64,000 nucleotides of DNA from Candidatus Omnitrophota bacterium (GCA_050250375.1 JBFWOS010000001.1:894361-958360); one strand, 5' to 3'. Counted from the stretch's first letter, positions 9,727 to 20,832 are shown. Program-made: numbers and translations. The notes: generated by a model not told the origin, from the letters alone.

Positions 9727-10512
9727 ATGATCCAATCAATTCAAAAAATCGGCTCTTCTACGACTACACTAATTCGTGAAATAGGCAGTATGGGTTGTTT
9801 CTTCCTAACAGCCCTGTTTTATATTTTTACGCCCCCTTTATTATGGAACCGGTTAATCCGGCAGATATATTTTATTGGGGTGAAGACTATTTTGATTGTT
9901 TTATTGACCGGAATGTTTACCGGTATGGTTCTGACCCTGCAGTCCTACTATGTCCTTGTGACGTTCGGGGCAGAATCCAGTCTGGGATCCTTATTATCTT
10001 TATCATTGATTCGTGAAATCGCACCGGTCATCACCGCTCTGATGATCGTCGGTCGGGCCGGTTCGGCTCTGACCGCCGAATTAGGCATTATGAGGATGTC
10101 TGAGCAGATTGATGCCTTAGACGCGATGGCCCTGAATCCGTACAAATATTTGATCAATCCGAATTTAATCGCCGGCATCATCACTTTTCCGATATTGACC
10201 GCGTTCTTTATTATTTCAGGAGTTTGGGGAGGATTTTTGGTGGCTGTCAAATTAACCGGTTTATCCACCGGAATTTTTTTCGGAGCCATGGCTGATTCGA
10301 TCATGTTGAAAGACCTTCTACTGGGGTTATATAAATCCCTAAGCTTCGGATTGTTGGTCACGTCGATTTGTTGTTACAAAGGCTTTTTTGCGGGCATTGG
10401 TTCTGGATTCGGCGCCCAAGGTGTTAGCAAGGCCACAACGGATGCGGTCGTTCTTTCATCAGTCCTTATTCTGGTCTTGGATTACTTTATAACCTCCATT
10501 ATGTTATTTTAA
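9727..10512 (+). CDS. mlaE: Mla ABC transporter permease
   Basis: REIAPVITALMIVGRAGSALTAELGIMRMSEQIDALDAM; GAQGVSKATT. Confidence 0.95.
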   Translation: MIQSIQKIGSSTTTLIREIGSMGCFFLTALFYIFTPPLLWNRLIRQIYFIGVKTILIVLLTGMFTGMVLTLQSYYVLVTFGAESSLGSLLSLSLIREIAPVITALMIVGRAGSALTAELGIMRMSEQIDALDAMALNPYKYLINPNLIAGIITFPILTAFFIISGVWGGFLVAVKLTGLSTGIFFGAMADSIMLKDLLLGLYKSLSFGLLVTSICCYKGFFAGIGSGFGAQGVSKATTDAVVLSSVLILVLDYFITSIMLF

Positions 10513-10520
10513 TTCTATTT

Positions 10521-11249
10521 ATGATTGAAATTATAGAGCTTTGTAAAAATTTCGGTAAAAAACAGGTCCTTAACGGCGTTAACCTGAAAGTCAAAAAAGG
10601 TGAAACCTTTGCCCTTATCGGAGCCAGCGGCAAAGGCAAATCCGTCCTATTGAAACACATTATCGGTCTGATCAAACCGGATCAGGGTAAAATTCTCATT
10701 GATGGCCATGATATCAGCGGGATCCACGGCACAAAACTAAAAAAACTCAAAGATCGTTTTGGTGTCGTTTTTCAATTTGGCGCCTTGTTTGATTCGCTGA
10801 CGGTCTATGACAATGTGGCCTTCCCTTTAATTGAAAAAACCCGATTAAGCCCTGACGAAATCCATAAAAAGGTCCTGGAGGAATTAGCCACTGTTGGTCT
10901 ATCCGGTGAAGAAGACAAATATCCGGCTCAAATCAGCGGGGGAATGCGGAAAAGGGTTGCCGTGGCCAGATGTCTGGTGATGAACCCTGAAATTATCCTG
11001 TTTGACGAACCAACGACCGGTCTGGATCCTGTAATCGCCAATTCCATTTATCGCACAATCAAAAAACTTCAGGATCAGCGCAATTTGACCAGTTTTATCA
11101 TCAGCCATGAAATCCCGGGAATTTTCAAGATTGCCGATCGGGTAGCCATGCTGCATGACGGACAGATCATACAAGTGGGAACATCCGATGAGATCCAAAA
11201 CACACAAAACACCACAGTTAAAAAATTCCTCCAGGGGGAAATCGAATGA
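10521..11249 (+). CDS. mlaF: Mla ABC transporter ATPase
   Basis: GASGKGKS, FQFGALFDSL, ISGGMRKRV, DEPTTGLDP. Confidence 0.95.
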   Translation: MIEIIELCKNFGKKQVLNGVNLKVKKGETFALIGASGKGKSVLLKHIIGLIKPDQGKILIDGHDISGIHGTKLKKLKDRFGVVFQFGALFDSLTVYDNVAFPLIEKTRLSPDEIHKKVLEELATVGLSGEEDKYPAQISGGMRKRVAVARCLVMNPEIILFDEPTTGLDPVIANSIYRTIKKLQDQRNLTSFIISHEIPGIFKIADRVAMLHDGQIIQVGTSDEIQNTQNTTVKKFLQGEIE

Positions 11250-11304
11250 ACCCTGGACATGAATATATCATTCCGCAGTCAATTAGATCGAAAGGTAGGA
11301 TAAA

Positions 11305-11742
11305 ATGAAAAAAAGCACAATCGAGGTTATTGTTGGCCTTTTTATTATTACTGGTTTAATGGCTATGGGTTATATCTCCATAAAACTGGGAAAGGTCGAT
11401 TTTTTTAACCGAAATTATTATTCCTTGAATGCGACCTTTTCAACGGTCGCCGGTCTCAAAAAAGACACAAATATCGAAATTGCCGGAGTTCCGATAGGTA
11501 AAATCAAGGATATACAGCTTAAGGATTATCAAGCCATTGTAACACTCGACATCAAAAACGGTATCGTCATCCAGGATGACGCGATCGCCTCTGTCCGCAC
11601 GAAAGGGCTTTTAGGCGAAAAATATATCGAAATACTTCCTGGCGGTTCAAATGTTATACTTAAAGCAGGGGATGAAATCTTTGATACCGAGCCTCCGTTT
11701 GATCTGATGTTGGTGATCAAGAACCTGGCGGTTGGTGATTAA
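11305..11742 (+). CDS. mlaD: MCE-domain protein MlaD
   Basis: EVIVGLF TM, AGLKKDTNIEIAGVPIG, TKGLLGEKYIEILPG. Confidence 0.95.
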   Translation: MKKSTIEVIVGLFIITGLMAMGYISIKLGKVDFFNRNYYSLNATFSTVAGLKKDTNIEIAGVPIGKIKDIQLKDYQAIVTLDIKNGIVIQDDAIASVRTKGLLGEKYIEILPGGSNVILKAGDEIFDTEPPFDLMLVIKNLAVGD

Positions 11743-11764
11743 AGTCAAAAAGGATTATCATAAT

Positions 11765-12373
11765 ATGAAAAAAACCACTTTTCTTCCCTTATTCACTTTG
11801 ATAGTTTTGAGTTTATGTTCCCCATCCATGTTATGGGCTGACGACACCCCAGGCCAATTGGTGATTAACACCATTAATCAAGGCATGCAAATTCTCAAGG
11901 ATCCGGAACTAAAAAATCCTGATCAGCTTGAAATACGCCGTCAAAAGCTGTGGGAAATCTTAGAACCGATATTTAGCTTTGAAGAGGTGTCTATGCTTGC
12001 GCTCGGTCGCCATTGGCTCGATTTAAATCCAAACCAGCAGAAAGAATTTACCGATTCATTCACAAATATCCTCAAAGATATATACTTGAAAAAATCTGAC
12101 GACTATCAGGACGGTGAAATCATTTATGTCCGGGAAATCGTCAAGGGAACTCGCAGTAAAGTACAAACAAATTTTGTCAAAGGCGGCAAGAAAATCGTCG
12201 TCGATTTCAGCATGAAGAAAATTGATAACGTCTGGAAAATTTACGATATCACGATTGAAACCGTTAGCGTTTTAACCAATTATCGGACACAGTTCAACAG
12301 CATCCTGGCAAAATCATCTTTTGATGAATTGATGGCAAAATTACGAAAAAAAGAAATCGAAGTTTCGAACTAA
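11765..12373 (+). CDS. mlaC: Periplasmic lipid carrier MlaC/Ttg2D
   Basis: Signal peptide, ALGRHW, WKIYDITIETVSVLTNYRTQF; start moved to ATG 11765. Confidence 0.9.
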   Translation: MKKTTFLPLFTLIVLSLCSPSMLWADDTPGQLVINTINQGMQILKDPELKNPDQLEIRRQKLWEILEPIFSFEEVSMLALGRHWLDLNPNQQKEFTDSFTNILKDIYLKKSDDYQDGEIIYVREIVKGTRSKVQTNFVKGGKKIVVDFSMKKIDNVWKIYDITIETVSVLTNYRTQFNSILAKSSFDELMAKLRKKEIEVSN

Positions 12374-12380
12374 GCGAGGT

Positions 12381-13175
12381 GTGATGATGAAAACGATGAT
12401 AATTTGGCTGGCAGCATCTTTCTCGATGGTTTTAATGGTGGAGCTTGGGCTCCTTGCAACCGCCCAAGCCGCGGAGTACGCAAAAACTTCCAAATCGGCT
12501 CCCCTTGATCATTTTGATGTTGATGAAGATATTGATTTCTACGAAGAGAATATAACCATTAACGACCCCTTTGAAGATTACAATCGTTTCATGTTTAAGG
12601 TCAACGACTGGGTCTACAGACGCCTTTTTAACCCCATCGCCAAAGGTTATGATTTTGTAGCCCCTAAACCCGTTCAGAAATGTTTCGACAATCTGTTTGA
12701 AAACGCCAAATCAACGATCCCTTTCTTTAATAATTTATTCCAAAAAAAATACAAAAACGCGGCAACGGTGTTCGGTCGTTTTACCGTCAACTCTACGATC
12801 GGAATCGGCGGGTTGTTTGATCCGGCTCAGAAATATCTGCACTGGTCGGCTTATGATGAAGACTTTGGACAAACCCTCGGATATTACGGAATGAAAACAG
12901 GCCCTTACATTATCCTTCCTCTTCTCGGTCCTTCAACCGGCCGTGATGTGCTTGGGTACATCGGGGACAGGGCGTTAAACCCGTTTACCTGGATTGGCGT
13001 TTATGATGTCTATCCGGAAGAAGTATTCGAACATCTGCCTTATCTGCAATACGTCAATGCCTACGCCTATAGACAACGGGAGAATTACGAAGCTGTAATG
13101 GACGGAGCCATTGCCCCATACGCAGCGCTTCAGAATTTTTATGTTCAAATCAGGGAAAGTAAAATAAAAGAATAG
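12381..13175 (+). CDS. mlaA: VacJ/MlaA-family protein
   Basis: DPFEDYNRFMF, RFTVNSTIGIGGLFDPA, EDFGQTLG, PLLGPSTGRD. Confidence 0.92.
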   Translation: MMMKTMIIWLAASFSMVLMVELGLLATAQAAEYAKTSKSAPLDHFDVDEDIDFYEENITINDPFEDYNRFMFKVNDWVYRRLFNPIAKGYDFVAPKPVQKCFDNLFENAKSTIPFFNNLFQKKYKNAATVFGRFTVNSTIGIGGLFDPAQKYLHWSAYDEDFGQTLGYYGMKTGPYIILPLLGPSTGRDVLGYIGDRALNPFTWIGVYDVYPEEVFEHLPYLQYVNAYAYRQRENYEAVMDGAIAPYAALQNFYVQIRESKIKE

Positions 13176-13177
13176 TA

Positions 13178-13855
13178 TTAGGGGGAAACCAATTCGGTGA
13201 CGTCTCCATCGGGAGATTTTCGCCGGATAAAAAGCCCGTCAGATTTGCGGTAATAATAAATTCGTTTGTAGTATTTTGACCATTTTCCAGCCGCCGAATA
13301 ATCAATTTTAACCGCCTCAACGTCCTTGCCGTTAATATTAATCGTCTCAACGCCTTCTTTATGGGCCTGCATAAGATACTCTTTTAGCTGGTCCTTGCGT
13401 AACATCCAGAATTCCATATCTGTTTCACCGGACAACACAAATTTTGTCAGATTGAATTTGGGCGTGAAATAAAAAGGTTTGTCATCAGGCAATACAATGG
13501 TTTCTTCTACCGGAGCCCCTTTGAGCATACCTTTAACCGTAATGATTTTTCCATCCTTTGTCCCGGTATAGTCGGTTTTCTCCCCTTCATCTGTTGAGGT
13601 CCATTCGACCGTCTGAAAATCTCCGTCCAAGACGAAATCTTCGTCTTCTTCCATTCTCTTACCCGTAAATTGGCGGGTATATTTTTTCTTACCGCCGGGA
13701 AGTTCATCTACCGTCAAGCTGTATTCATTGATGGTCTTTTTCGTCCGGGGGTTGTAGGTCTTATATAAATAAACCTGTGATTGGGAATAAGCACTGCTTA
13801 CACTCCATAACAAAGAAAGCAGCACACTTAACGTAGTTATAAAATATCTTTTCAT
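13178..13855 (-). CDS. Secreted beta-rich hypothetical protein
   Basis: Signal peptide, 225 aa, co-oriented with the two upstream genes. Confidence 0.7.
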   Translation of the reverse strand: MKRYFITTLSVLLSLLWSVSSAYSQSQVYLYKTYNPRTKKTINEYSLTVDELPGGKKKYTRQFTGKRMEEDEDFVLDGDFQTVEWTSTDEGEKTDYTGTKDGKIITVKGMLKGAPVEETIVLPDDKPFYFTPKFNLTKFVLSGETDMEFWMLRKDQLKEYLMQAHKEGVETININGKDVEAVKIDYSAAGKWSKYYKRIYYYRKSDGLFIRRKSPDGDVTELVSP

Positions 13856-13866
13856 GAGGGTTTTCT

Positions 13867-14628
13867 TTATTGTTTGGTTTGGATGGATAATACCGTATCT
13901 GAGAGGTCTTCAGTTACCATTCTTTTGGATATATATATGACATAATAAGTTAATCCGACCGAAGCCAATAAGCCGGCCCATAACATGACCCATTCAAATG
14001 TCACCCGCGTCTGGTTTGCTCCATCTATCCCGGATGTGTACCCGACCAGATAACCTAGATACACATAGAGGAATGTCGTCGGTAACCGTCCGATAAATGA
14101 AGCCAAGATAAAATCCTTGGATGACATCTTGGTCACACCGCAGATGTAGTTTAAAAACATGGCATTCGCTACCGGGATATTCCTGAGTAATAAAAGCATT
14201 TTCCATCCGTCTTTTTCAATCATTTCATCCAGCTTCTTCAATGACTCATTGTTTTGTATTTTCCTGTTAATTGCATCCTGGAACAGATATCTGGCCATCA
14301 GAAATTTAATAAATGATGAAATGGTCGCGCCAATGGATACCAGCAATACGCCTTGAAACACACCGAATATCGTACCGGCAAAAACCCGGAAGACAACAGA
14401 AGGAATAAATATACCCGACATAAAAATATAGAGAACAACAAAAAGAACCGAGGTCCAGAATCCGAGATGGTCAATTCTGTCAAATATCTGCTGGACGTAT
14501 ATATTCCCCTGGAAATGTTTCGCCAACCAAACAAACAATACAGAGAACACACCCACCGCCAAACACTTAAGGTTGATGTCCCCGTCGCCTCTAATTTTTG
14601 TTATTAAACTGTTTATTATCATTATCAA
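13867..14628 (-). CDS. DedA/TVP38 (VTT-domain) membrane protein
   Basis: AGTIFG, FLMARY, LLLRNIP, LNYICGVT, FILASFIGRLP. Confidence 0.88.
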   Translation of the reverse strand: MIMIINSLITKIRGDGDINLKCLAVGVFSVLFVWLAKHFQGNIYVQQIFDRIDHLGFWTSVLFVVLYIFMSGIFIPSVVFRVFAGTIFGVFQGVLLVSIGATISSFIKFLMARYLFQDAINRKIQNNESLKKLDEMIEKDGWKMLLLLRNIPVANAMFLNYICGVTKMSSKDFILASFIGRLPTTFLYVYLGYLVGYTSGIDGANQTRVTFEWVMLWAGLLASVGLTYYVIYISKRMVTEDLSDTVLSIQTKQ

Positions 14629-15469
14629 AAACCTTGATCCCTAAGCGGTGCAACTCCGCATAGATTTTCTTCAACTCATCTTCTTTTGATCCGAATTCTT
14701 TTTTTCTCGATTCGTCTAACTCAATCTTCGCCAATTCATAGTCAATCGGTTTGTCCACATCAACTCCCATTTCGGCAAAAGGCGAAACAAAAATTTTCAC
14801 CTTTGTGTTCAATTTCTTAGACAAAACCTCCGCGATTCCGGGAAAATCTTTTCCTTTGCAGCCTATATGCTCCAAAATCTTAACAGGGTCTTTTCGATAA
14901 CTTCTTAAGATGACAATATCGCGAAGGACATTCTTTAAAACACGGAAATGTTTAACATAATAGATATTCGACCCGGTATATTTCTCGCCAGCCACAGGCA
15001 TATAACTGCGGTTTTCCACCGGGAATCCGGATTTCGCCAATGTCTCTTTTTGAACATAATGAAAAACCAATCCTGGGTTATGATGATCAATATTTTCTAT
15101 GGTCGAATCAATAATTTCGGTCGTTAGATAGGCCGCATCACAAAAGGAAATAAGATAACCATTATGCCGGTTAGAAAATTTATAAATCGCCGTCTTGACA
15201 TAAATAATTGCGCGTAAGAGATTCTGAATGAACGATTTCCCTTCCGGAATTCTTTTGTAAACATACTGCATGGAAGCCAGTTGATCCAATTCTTTTGATC
15301 CGACAACCACAATCTTGTCAATATATCGGCTTTTACGATAAGCGTCAATGACCCGTCCCAGCATCGGCTCACCATTGATCGGCAAAAAGGCCTTTCGGGT
15401 GTACCCGTACTGGTCACACCAATTTTCATTTTCTCCACCGGCTAATATAATTAGATTGTATTTTTTCAT
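14591..15469 (-). CDS. Nucleotidyltransferase, MobA/NTP_transf-like
   Basis: IILAGG, KAFLPINGEPMLGRVI, DVDKPIDY. Confidence 0.8.
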   Translation of the reverse strand: MKKYNLIILAGGENENWCDQYGYTRKAFLPINGEPMLGRVIDAYRKSRYIDKIVVVGSKELDQLASMQYVYKRIPEGKSFIQNLLRAIIYVKTAIYKFSNRHNGYLISFCDAAYLTTEIIDSTIENIDHHNPGLVFHYVQKETLAKSGFPVENRSYMPVAGEKYTGSNIYYVKHFRVLKNVLRDIVILRSYRKDPVKILEHIGCKGKDFPGIAEVLSKKLNTKVKIFVSPFAEMGVDVDKPIDYELAKIELDESRKKEFGSKEDELKKIYAELHRLGIKVFDNDNKQFNNKN

Positions 15470-15622
15470 AAATTATGCCTAATTTTTATGCAATTCAAGA
15501 TTTAATTGATTTACCCTAAATCGAAAAATGATTAAGGAATACTTATTTTAACTAAATTGTAAAAAAAATCAATATTAATTATTCCTATAGTTAAATTTTT
15601 CTATTTTTCTTAAGTCATTATA

Positions 15623-15656
15623 TATCAATATATTATATTATGTTGATATCAACATA
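15623..15656. promoter_or_regulatory. IHF-consensus site followed by an 18-bp palindrome
   Basis: TATCAATATATTA (WATCAA-N4-TTR) at 15623-15635; TATGTTGATATCAACATA at 15639-15656 between divergent genes. Confidence 0.4.
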
Positions 15657-15848
15657 TATTAAGAACCTTGTGAAAAATGTGAATTTTTATTAATTAATTT
15701 CATAAACGAGGCAATTTATCGCTTAATTGCTTTCCCTAATTTGGTATAGTTAATAAGCCCTATAAAAGAACAAAATTTTAACAAGACAGAAATGCTCTGA
15801 TATGATACTGTCATTAAAACCACTTTCAATTCAAATTAAAGAGGCATA

Positions 15849-17717
15849 TTGCCAATTGTTTATATCATGCCTGGATCAACGATGAAAAGAAAGCAGTATC
15901 AAATTATTATCGCGATAGCCCTATTTACCATCTCCAGGGTCTCTTATATTTTCTTCCTTAAAGATACGGATATCGCATCAAACCAAAAAATCATTGAATC
16001 TCAGTATATCGGATTGGTCGCCAAACATCTACAGGAAGGCTTAATCATGCCGTTCTGGGATTATCAATTCAGCAGTTATGATGGCGGCACTCTTATAACT
16101 GGCCTGGTTTTAGCGCCGTTCTTCCATTTGTTCGGGCAAAGTTCCTTCACACTATCTTTCTATGCCCTGATTATTTCTTTGATTGTGTTCTTAATCTGGT
16201 GGCGTTTCTCCCATATATATTACGGTGAACGAATTGGACTGTTTGTGGCCATGCTCTTTATTTTCGCACCGCCGATTCATATAAAAGCTAACGGCGTTGC
16301 TTCCGGTAATCATATGGAAATCAATTTCTTCGTTTCCCTCGTAGTTTTCTTTTTCTATAAGATCTTTTTCTTCTTCCAATCCAAAAACAATCCACTCAAA
16401 AGATTTAAATCATTGGATTTTATTTTTCTGGGATTCATATCCGGTTTAGGCGTATATTTTTGCTATTCGTTAGGACTTGTCTTGTTGACTTGCTTTCTGT
16501 TTTGGATCACGATTGATAAACAGCCCTTTAAAAATTATCATTATCTTCTTCTAGGATGCTTTTATGTTTTAGGCTTCAGTTTTGCCTTTCCGCGCTTACC
16601 TGTTTTTAACTCTTTAATTATCGCCGATATATTCAGCCAATGGCCGTTGTCAAACTTCGCATCATTCGGCGAACGTTTTACCGGCGTAATAACCAAACAA
16701 CTTCCCCCATTAATTGCCGTGGCAAGCCCTCTTCATATTCTAACCTTTTACATTTTCTCAATTTCTTTCTTATTTTTACTCTTCAAAAACCTAAAAACTC
16801 TGGGTCGACAGCTGATTGTTTTGGCCCAGCCGAAATTCCAAAGACTAAATTTCGACCATTCCATCAAAAATAACTTTATCCTGCTATTTCTAATGATCTA
16901 TATCCTCACATATACTCTGAGTAATTTTAATACTTATCTGGAATTTGAAAGCCCCATACGGCACCGTTATCTTCTCCTCTTGTATCCGTTCATTTTTATT
17001 GTTATAGCCGAATCCTTAAATAGCCTGTATCTATGGAAAAATCCTCTCGGAAAGCGTTTAACTGTTTTGTTATTTATCTATTTCTTTATCGCGTCAATTC
17101 ACGGCACACTAAGACAACTTGACTTTAACAACGCCAAACAAAAAATTATCCGGCGTTTTACCGAAGACGGGTTTTCCCATGAAATGCTGGGAACAGTTAT
17201 ATGTTCCAGATTTGGAGGTTTCCCGGAAAAAAGTCTCCCATTATTGAATAGCGTCAAAAATATATACATACCCGAAATGTATCGGGGTTTCGGTTATGAA
17301 TTTTCCATGATGGATTATCACAATCTAAAAGAGTATAAGAAACTAATCGTGTCAAAACCCTATCAAAAAGAATTTTTAAAGGGAATTGATTTGGGAAGAG
17401 TCACAAATGAATATTTCAAAGGAACCGATGTTGACCGCGCGTATTTAGCCGATGTTATGGGTTACGGAGCCTGCCAGGAACCGGAAATGATCGGCAACAG
17501 GCTGCTTTCATTACTGGATCCGGTAACCGTTACTGACAAATCTCAGTACTATAAAGGGATCGGGATGATTTTAGCCATTCAGTGTGATATACTAGATGAT
17601 ACCGAGTTTAAGTTTATTAAAAAAATCGATTCAAAATATTACCAGGCCTTTTATGAAGGTGTTGGTGAGGGCCGCAAGTACAATCTCAACATTTTATCTA
17701 TATTAGGCACCCCTTGA
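15849..17717 (+). CDS. GT-C fold (ArnT/PMT-like) membrane glycosyltransferase
   Basis: Many TM segments, early acidic loop, soluble C-terminal domain; true start may be ATG 15882. Confidence 0.6.
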   Translation: MPIVYIMPGSTMKRKQYQIIIAIALFTISRVSYIFFLKDTDIASNQKIIESQYIGLVAKHLQEGLIMPFWDYQFSSYDGGTLITGLVLAPFFHLFGQSSFTLSFYALIISLIVFLIWWRFSHIYYGERIGLFVAMLFIFAPPIHIKANGVASGNHMEINFFVSLVVFFFYKIFFFFQSKNNPLKRFKSLDFIFLGFISGLGVYFCYSLGLVLLTCFLFWITIDKQPFKNYHYLLLGCFYVLGFSFAFPRLPVFNSLIIADIFSQWPLSNFASFGERFTGVITKQLPPLIAVASPLHILTFYIFSISFLFLLFKNLKTLGRQLIVLAQPKFQRLNFDHSIKNNFILLFLMIYILTYTLSNFNTYLEFESPIRHRYLLLLYPFIFIVIAESLNSLYLWKNPLGKRLTVLLFIYFFIASIHGTLRQLDFNNAKQKIIRRFTEDGFSHEMLGTVICSRFGGFPEKSLPLLNSVKNIYIPEMYRGFGYEFSMMDYHNLKEYKKLIVSKPYQKEFLKGIDLGRVTNEYFKGTDVDRAYLADVMGYGACQEPEMIGNRLLSLLDPVTVTDKSQYYKGIGMILAIQCDILDDTEFKFIKKIDSKYYQAFYEGVGEGRKYNLNILSILGTP

Positions 17718-17733
17718 TTTGAGAGGATGACGA

Positions 17734-19344
17734 ATGAAAGTAACATTTGTATACACGGAAGATGAAAGCCTTGGGCTACAATATCTTTCCGGCATCCTGA
17801 AAAAACATGGTCACCAAACCGAATTAATTTTCGATCCCGCCCTTTTTAATGACAATATCCTTCCTATTAAACCATTAAGTAAATTCTTCAATTTTGAAGA
17901 CCAGATTGTTGAAGACATTATTGATTCCAAACCTGACATCATCGGTTTTTCTCTTCTAACGGATATCTATCCCTGGTTTCGCCGTATTGCCAGTAAAATA
18001 AAAAAAATGACAAACATACCCATTGTTGTCGGCGGGATTCATGCGACCAGCGTTCCAGATATCGTTATTCAAGAAAACTTTGTTGATTTTCTAATTGTAG
18101 GAGAGGGCGAGTTTCCTCTTTTAGAACTCATAAACCGTTTGGAAGGGGATCGCGACTTTGAAATGGTCCCGTCGCTTTGGTACAAAAAAAATGATGAGGT
18201 CAAAAGGACAGCCATTCTCCCTAAAATAACGAATCTTGATGAGATTCCTGTCCCTGATAAAGATTTGTTTTATGATAAAGCCCCAATGTTTCAGAAAAAT
18301 TATTTTATTGAAGCCGCACGGGGTTGCGTTTTTAAATGCACCTTTTGCCACCACTCCATATCTAAAGATATTCCGCAAACAAAACGCAGTTACCGCATGC
18401 GCAGCGTCAAAAGTGTTATTGATGAATTAAAGATGGCAAAACAAAAGTATAATATCCATAGCGTCTATTTTACGGATGAATTATTTGCTCTTGATATGGA
18501 TTGGATGCGGGAATTTGTTCCGGCTTACCGAGAACAGGTTGGACTTCCTTACAGCTGTTCGGTCTACCCATCGATGATGGATGAAGAACGAGTCATTCTC
18601 CTTAAGAATTCCTTCTGTTTTGGAGTCGAAATGGGCGTTCAGACAATTAACACAGATTTAAAAAAGCAGCTCAATCGCTTTGAAACAAATGCCCGTGTCG
18701 AAAAAATTATTGGACTTCTAAAGAAACACGGAATACGGGTCTATACCCAAAATATCATGGCTTTGCCGGGGGAACGAGAGGAACACCTGAAGGAAATGCT
18801 TGAATTTTATACTCGCGTCAAACCGACCGTTTCTTTCTTTTTTTGGCTGCGTTACTATCCCCGGACCGCTGTGGTGTCAGATGCGCTAAAAATGGGAATT
18901 CTGACCCAGGATCAGGTTCTTCAGATTGAAAAAGGTGAAATAACGGGCGGCATTAATACCGGTGGCACTTTTTTAGGCAAATATGCGGATAAATATTTCC
19001 TTGTTCTTAACTTATCAAAATATTTACCCCTGGGTTTTGTCCGTTTCCTGATCCACAGAAACCTAATCCGCTTTATTCCTGTGCTCCCCCTGCGCTCAAT
19101 CAATATGGTTTTTATTTTCTTTGCCCAGCGATTTACCGAATTTCTGCCCTCGAAATACGGATCAAAAATCTACCGGTTTAATCGTGATATCGCCCGTTAT
19201 CAACATTATATCTTCCGCAAAATTTTCTCGTTGGGAAGGAAGAAAAGAAACAATCCGGAAACAAAAATTTCAGAGATGAATACGCTTTTAGAACCGAAGG
19301 TGTATGTGGGGCCTCCTGAAAACATCCTGCGGGTCAAAGCTTAA
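17734..19344 (+). CDS. Cobalamin-binding radical SAM protein
   Basis: LGLQYLSG, VVGGIHAT, GEGE, RGCVFKCTFC (CxxxCxxC). Confidence 0.92.
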   Translation: MKVTFVYTEDESLGLQYLSGILKKHGHQTELIFDPALFNDNILPIKPLSKFFNFEDQIVEDIIDSKPDIIGFSLLTDIYPWFRRIASKIKKMTNIPIVVGGIHATSVPDIVIQENFVDFLIVGEGEFPLLELINRLEGDRDFEMVPSLWYKKNDEVKRTAILPKITNLDEIPVPDKDLFYDKAPMFQKNYFIEAARGCVFKCTFCHHSISKDIPQTKRSYRMRSVKSVIDELKMAKQKYNIHSVYFTDELFALDMDWMREFVPAYREQVGLPYSCSVYPSMMDEERVILLKNSFCFGVEMGVQTINTDLKKQLNRFETNARVEKIIGLLKKHGIRVYTQNIMALPGEREEHLKEMLEFYTRVKPTVSFFFWLRYYPRTAVVSDALKMGILTQDQVLQIEKGEITGGINTGGTFLGKYADKYFLVLNLSKYLPLGFVRFLIHRNLIRFIPVLPLRSINMVFIFFAQRFTEFLPSKYGSKIYRFNRDIARYQHYIFRKIFSLGRKKRNNPETKISEMNTLLEPKVYVGPPENILRVKA

Positions 19345-19587
19345 TCCCGCTCTTTTCTGCCGGATTTTAAACTTTCTAGAATTGTGTAATAGCCTGAAAA
19401 AAAATACTTGCGGCGCCAGAAAAGTAGCAAAAAAATCCGGCCATCCTCTTTTTCAAAACATCCTGTTTCTCCCTAATGCTAGAAAAAATTATACTTGTTT
19501 ATTGCCACCGTTACGTCTGTTCCCAGAAAGTATTTTCTTGGGATATTACCGAATTCTCATGATTATGTGATAATATAAAAAAATATT

Positions 19588-20832
19588 ATGACTGAACATT
19601 CCCCATCCCATCAATCGTTAATTAAGAAGTCCGTTTTTACAATCCTCCTTTTGTTGTTAATCCTTCTTTTGGTGGAAGGGATTTCAGCCGTTGGCATCGT
19701 TTACTTGAGAAAAAAGAAAAACCAGGAATACCGTCCGGCTATAAAAAACAAACTTACCAGCCTGCAAAAAGAAAACTTATTAAAGCTAATCAATCATGAG
19801 GAAAAGTATGTGACGCACAGCCCGATCCTCGGATGGACCATCAAACCCAACGGGACAGCCGACCTCTATCAGGCGAATTCCCAAGGTATCCGGGCGGATT
19901 CGGATTATAGCGCATACCCTGCGTCTGATAAGATACGAATCGCCACCTTCGGGGATTCATTCGTCCATTGTGATGAAGTCAAAAACGAGGAAACCTGGCA
20001 AGTACACCTTGACAGCTTTGATCGTCATCTGGAAACGATTAATTTCGGTGTTGGCGGGTACGGGACAGACCAGGCCTATTTGCGATATCTTGAAGACGGA
20101 CGGAAATTCCACCCCGATATAGTTCTCATCGGATTTATGACAGAAAACCCTATCCGAAACCTTAATACATTCCGGCCCTTTTATCTAGCGGCAACGGGAA
20201 TGCCGTTATCCAAACCGCGATTTCAGTTGGCTGGTGATCACATCCGCCTAATTAATAACCCTTTGAACAGTCTCAACGAGTATCAAAAGCTCCTGAACAA
20301 TGAAAGCAAAGTATTGTTGGAGTTAAGCAAAAATGATTACTTCTATAATTACCATTATGCGGAACATCCTATGGACTTTTTTCTGGCGGTCCGCCTTACA
20401 AAAATTCTCAGATATATTTATCTTAAACCAAAAGAAAAGATATTCAACAAGCTGGAATACAACACGAATTCTGAAGTCTATACCGTTACAGCCGCGATCG
20501 TCGAAGAATTTTATAACTCAGTAAAGAACGACGGTGCGACCCCCGTCCTTGTCTTTATCCCGAACAGCGGTGACTTTGGCCGGCTTAAGGACCACCAAGC
20601 CAAAAATTATAAACCGTTCATGGATAGGATGGACCGTAAAGGAATAAAATATATCGATTTTACCGCCGATCTGCTGAACGACATCCTTACCGATGAACAC
20701 CCTGAATCTTTTTTTGCTCCGGATTATCATTTTTCATCCAAAGGCAACAAATACGTAGCCAAATACATTTATCAATATCTGAAAGAAAATCATTACTTAG
20801 ACCGGCCCAAAACACCTCCCGCCAGTCCATGA
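19588..20832 (+). CDS. SGNH/GDSL hydrolase-family protein (paralog 1)
   Basis: TM anchor, NSQGIR, FGDSF, NFGVGGYGTDQ, DYHFSSKGN. Confidence 0.85.
   Translation: MTEHSPSHQSLIKKSVFTILLLLLILLLVEGISAVGIVYLRKKKNQEYRPAIKNKLTSLQKENLLKLINHEEKYVTHSPILGWTIKPNGTADLYQANSQGIRADSDYSAYPASDKIRIATFGDSFVHCDEVKNEETWQVHLDSFDRHLETINFGVGGYGTDQAYLRYLEDGRKFHPDIVLIGFMTENPIRNLNTFRPFYLAATGMPLSKPRFQLAGDHIRLINNPLNSLNEYQKLLNNESKVLLELSKNDYFYNYHYAEHPMDFFLAVRLTKILRYIYLKPKEKIFNKLEYNTNSEVYTVTAAIVEEFYNSVKNDGATPVLVFIPNSGDFGRLKDHQAKNYKPFMDRMDRKGIKYIDFTADLLNDILTDEHPESFFAPDYHFSSKGNKYVAKYIYQYLKENHYLDRPKTPPASP

Noticed and set aside
15643-15652. FNR site
   Set aside because: TTGAT/ATCAA half-sites lack the required 4-bp spacer.
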